From: Microthyrium microscopicum
Lineage: Eukaryota
Assembly: GCA_010405405.1 (NCBI GenBank)
Contig: MU004238.1
Span: 197,530-261,529 of the forward strand
Direction: 5' to 3'
DNA length: 64,000 nucleotides
Part shown: positions 59,890 to 64,000 of the stretch, in pieces
How the letters are laid out: every line of letters begins with the position of its first letter
How positions within the stretch are numbered: position 1 is the first letter of the stretch
The notes under the pieces: generated by a model
The model's input: only the letters and a program-made list of their open reading frames with translations
What the model was told of the DNA's origin: nothing
Databases searched by the model: none
Made by a program: the position numbers and the translations under genes

Positions 59890-60840
59890 TCAAGGTGAAT
59901 CCAAGAAGCATAAACCGTGCAGTCGTAATAACAGTGCCTCTTGCGATTCTCTCTCAAGCTTTTTCAACGTCTTATCTGCTCGTTTTTGTGCTTGTTTTTC
60001 GGGACTCATATTCTTTTCTCTCTCGATTTTTCTTTCCCGACGATTTGCCTCTAGTCTTATCCTATTTCTTTCTGCCAACCCGCCAGGAGATATTGAAAAG
60101 GGTACTGGGGCATGTGCAATACTCTCTAGCATGTGCAGAATTTCTTCCCCTTGTTGGTGATTCACATCTTTCCTTTCCTTGCAGTCTCTGACGGCCAATA
60201 GTAATAGTGCTCGTAAAGTGAAATGTGCGTCGTTGCCAGCACTGTGCATTCTACCATGAGGACAGTTGAGATTGCGAAGAATATGTCGAAGAGTATGGCG
60301 CGAACCAGGGAGAACTTCCTGGCTGATCTGTCTGGTATCAAGTATAGCCACATATGGTTCGTCGCATTCGGCACCAAGACCTCGAAGACAACGAAGATCA
60401 TTCTGCAGTTCATGGCCAACAAGAACAATGTTACGCGATGGTGGGATGAGCGATCTGATCCTTTCAAGCATGTCTTTCTGGGTCGTTGTGATGGCCTCTC
60501 CGAACTTGAATTTTCTTGCAGCGTTTGCGCAGTATCGAGATGATCCAGTGGCAATGTTGTAGGTTGTAATGACTCCTTTTGTAATATCTCCTTGCGAATT
60601 GCGAAAGCTTCGTGTGTCAAGTATTGCAAGACCAGCCTGGCACTCCAGATTAAGAGACAAATCTTCTGTAATGTTTTGTAGATGCTCGAAATCGATAGCG
60701 ACGAACACCACATCCTCCATATTTGGTGTAGTCGACTCGGTCGTAAGTCTAAGAACCTTTCGTAGTATCTGAAGGCCGTTATGTGTGATGTAAGGGGTTG
60801 CCAGCTTTGGTCGCGTCGTTTTTGATGCTCGGCTCCACAT
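59890..60840 (-). CDS. DEDDh 3'-5' exonuclease of the QIP (QDE-2-interacting)/Gfd2-YDR514C family
   Basis: VFVAIDFE (Exo I), VLVGHELQNDL (Exo II), ILDT and HSAGNDAHFTLRAL (Exo III). Start codon uncertain (60840 or 60720). Confidence 0.82.
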   Translation of the reverse strand: MWSRASKTTRPKLATPYITHNGLQILRKVLRLTTESTTPNMEDVVFVAIDFEHLQNITEDLSLNLECQAGLAILDTRSFRNSQGDITKGVITTYNIATGSSRYCANAARKFKFGEAITTTQKDMLERIRSLIPPSRNIVLVGHELQNDLRCLRGLGAECDEPYVAILDTRQISQEVLPGSRHTLRHILRNLNCPHGRMHSAGNDAHFTLRALLLLAVRDCKERKDVNHQQGEEILHMLESIAHAPVPFSISPGGLAERNRIRLEANRRERKIEREKNMSPEKQAQKRADKTLKKLERESQEALLLRLHGLCFLDSP

Positions 60841-62606
60841 TTTGGCGGTTGAGATTATGTTGTTGAACAAGCTCGCAGAGATACTGGTAGATGCGAATTG
60901 GGACCTTCTTTATTTGTACTGATTTTCTAGCCCACTTAAGAGAGGGATGTCGAAGCCTATGTAAGAGGAACTTTGTTGAAGACATTGGGCCCGTTTGACG
61001 ATAGTCACCCATGGTTCTCGTCACTGGTCAGTACCGAAAACAGACTCTTAGAGAAACCAGATCAGTACGTATCGTGAACTCTCTCTTAGTAATAAATCTC
61101 AGCTCGTTCTTCCTGCCTCGCTCTAAATAACCTTCTCTATGACTTGTGAGATAAGTTGTGATTTCTTTACTCTGAAATTTACTTCAATGCCCTTGACTTT
61201 TGTAGCGTTTTATTTGATGTTCAGAAGCACTTAGGCAATTTTATCCAATCAAGGCGACGTACCTAGTAGTTAAGCAAAAATTCTGTGACTGCTGGTTCAA
61301 GCTCAAAAAATGATCTATCAAGTCGTCCACTAGACATACTATTGTGCTCGCATAGTTAATGGCTTTCCGTAAGATTCTTCCGCAGCTTCAGACCAAATGC
61401 TGAGCTTAGGAGACTAGTACGAACTGTAGGATATTATGACCATCAAGCAGAGTGGAAGGTACGCTAATGAAAATAATTCGGCGTGCAAGTTTTATCATTA
61501 ATTCAACCAGGGAATAGGACAGGGCTACAACCAGAGTCGGTTGGCTCACTGAAATAAGCCTTCGTGAGGAATACTCCATTCAAGTCCCAGCAGCATTCAA
61601 GCACTAGGACTATTCTCAACTCTGACCTGATTTGTAGGCTGTTACATCTGGTGGTTTCACTTGACCGTAGACTTGTTGACTAAGCGCCTATATTCTTAAG
61701 CATGTATCAATTACCAAGATCTGCGTAGTGGCACTATATTAGAGCAATACGCTAACTATATGCTTCGCTTTCGCTAAGGAAGTCGGTTGGTAGAGCCATA
61801 GGTAAAAATGGCTATACCAGGAACGCCCTAATGTTATTAAATGCTCAATATATCATTTCTACTTTTAGCCCGCAAGATCTGCTGCATGCTCATGGTCCAT
61901 GTCCCACATGTTGAACCTGAATTCTGAGAAATTTCTGGCATACTGAAGTGACAAGTTCCTGCGCATGTAAGTGAGTGAGTGGAGGTTTTGGCAACAAATT
62001 CTACAAGGTACATAAAGTAAGTACTTCCAAGGAATGCAACTTAGATCTCCCATGGATGCTCTCGGCCGACCAAAGTGAAGTGGATAACTTTTTATGCCGA
62101 AGATGCCATGAAAATTGAAGAAGTCTGGATGATCTGGGTCAATAAGCTTTTGGTCGTGGATCTTTCCGGCTGGGAAGTCCCGAGAGCTTTTGAATTCCTG
62201 AATGCTATCCCAAGATGAGGCTTTGCACTTAATCTAGAGTTAGCGCCTAAAGGGGCAGGTACCAATAAGTAGACAAAGTTCTGCCAGGAACCGCGTCTCA
62301 CCTTCTACAGTTGCTCGCTCGTTGTGCTGATGGGGTTACCATCTGAGCCGCAGCATGTGCTTTTGAATTTTAACTTTCTTGGGAGGCAGAGGCTCATGTA
62401 TAAACTATGAACCTTTGTCCTAAAAGGTCTATGCTCCAAGACCAACAGACGTCATTGTTTTCCAATTTATATTGTTCACAGACTGGCGTTGAATCAGTCG
62501 AAGCATGTGATAGAGTTCACGATAGCAGTATATACTACGGCTTTGGCATAACCTGAAGTATGGAATTCTCACACCTAATCTCCTCTGTGTTGGCGTTATC
62601 GACGAC

Positions 62607-64000
62607 ATGTCGTTCCTATTCCGCTCGTTTCTTGCTGTTTCAGTGGTATCTTCATTCGTGACTGCGATTCCCCTCAATCGTTCCACGTCGGACGCAAGCT
62701 CCAAGATCTTTACTCCAGTCCCCGAGTATCTTCAGCAATACTTGGATCAACTTCATGATTCGGAACAGCCAGTACTTGCTAGAAATGCCTTGCCGCAGGC
62801 TGACCTGCCAGTTGTCGACCTTCCATATGGACGATATCGAGCAAACAGATATGTGAAAGAGAATGATGTATGTATTTACTGGGTCTCTAACCCGTGCGAT
62901 AAACGTAGAATGCTTGCTGACAAAATTGTTTCCTAGGTCTACGTCTTCAAGAATATTCGCTTCGCAGCTCCACCAGTAGGGCCACTACGATTTGTGAAGC
63001 CCCAACGACCTGGCCTCAATCGGGTAATACTTGCCCTTAACAGTCGCTTTGTAGCCTAAAAATCAAGATGAAAGGATCAAGTGGTTCTCTATGTACAGAA
63101 GAATGCCGAGGACAATAGTCACTTCTCCTTTTGTTTGGTTGAAGAGCTCAAAAATCCGACATGAGATTATTCACACTTTTACTAACGAAAAACAGACCGT
63201 TTCCGATGGAAGCTATGGGCCTCAATGTATGCAGTCGTTTCAGGTACAGCAGATACCAGCCATTGACCTGGCGGGTCTATTGAATCTTGGCGACTCATTC
63301 AGTATTCTGCTTCCAATTCTCAACGCCATTGCGCCGTATATTCCAGACCTTGGAAAAACTGGTTCAGTTGATAGCTTGGTCGACACTCTTCGTCCTTATC
63401 TTGCGCCAGGTGGTCCATTATCCGGATATCATGGCACTATTGGAGATCTGATAGAAGCCCTAGCAGGTGTTTTAGGTGCTGGCCAAGCTGAAGACTGTAT
63501 GTGACTGCTGTGTATCCCTGCGATGTTTAGTATTATTCATGATTTTTGGATGGAGCCGAATGCTAACTCTCGCCCCTACAGGTCTCTTCTTAGATGTTTA
63601 CGTTCCAGGAAGGGTCATTCGAAGGGAGAACCAACGTCCTGTGCCCGTCATGCACTGGATATATGGGTAAATATATTTTCTCAGTTCAGTAAAGGATTTC
63701 ACTAAATTTTCAACAGCGGTGCTTACATTCTCGGCTCTAAAGATGGTCTTTACGATGGGTATGGCATGATCGAAGCCAGTAAAGGCGAACTCATTTTTGT
63801 AGCAGGAAACTACAGGGTAAGTTCAACATTCCACGAGACGAATTTGTGTCTAAAATTTTCTAGATGGGAGCATATGGCTTTCTTGCCGGACGCTCGGCTG
63901 AGAAAGAAAAGGCTACGAACCTGGCGTTCTACGATCAGCGGGCTTCCCTCGAGTGGACACAAGCTTTCATCGGGAAATTTGGCGGCGATCCAGGCCAAGT
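62607..64000 (+). CDS. Secreted type-B carboxylesterase/lipase, 5' part (continues past the window)
   Basis: Signal peptide, VDLPYGRYRA, FKNIRFAAPPVGPLRF, EDC|LFLDVYVP, WIYG|GAY, NYR|MGAYGFL and YDQRASLEW...FGGDP. Confidence 0.9.

Noticed and set aside
61030..62600. Short ORFs in the region upstream of the carboxylesterase
   Set aside because: No coherent splice model or motif; treated as intergenic.

Overview
Gene-dense eukaryotic window from a filamentous ascomycete (Pezizomycotina), judged from short GT-AG introns with CTAAC/CTGAC branch sites, fungal-specific gene families and a RIP-mutated island. It holds about 30 protein-coding genes. Core genes are PHS1, a SIM-RING STUbL-like protein, PRP19, eIF3e/INT6, IMG2 (absent from the ORF track), MIC26/27, TIP20/RINT1, RMI1, a DNA ligase I paralog, JIP5 and BNA4. 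Accessory genes are a degenerate HET-domain protein, a bestrophin-like channel, a Ser/Thr tandem-repeat secreted protein, two F-box-like proteins, two MFS transporters, a Cys-rich secreted protein, DUF4360, DUF3500, a QIP/Gfd2-like exonuclease and a partial carboxylesterase. Five observations stand out. (1) A decayed P-loop kinase-HAD-UPRTase fusion sits head-to-head with an intact small protein carrying a MazG-like EExxE..ExxD motif, a possible undescribed fungal nucleotide-pool module. (2) A 3.1 kb RIP island still contains a readable ~540-codon 'ghost' ORF with no transposase motif I can recognise. (3) Two ~220 bp TA-flanked foldback MITEs of different ages lie just upstream of JIP5. (4) DUF3500, kynurenine monooxygenase and a small alpha/beta protein are neighbours and share an upstream motif. 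(5) RMI1 and the ligase share a bidirectional promoter with MCB boxes. Family assignments come from motif recognition by eye and no database search was run. No tRNA, rRNA or CRISPR was found.
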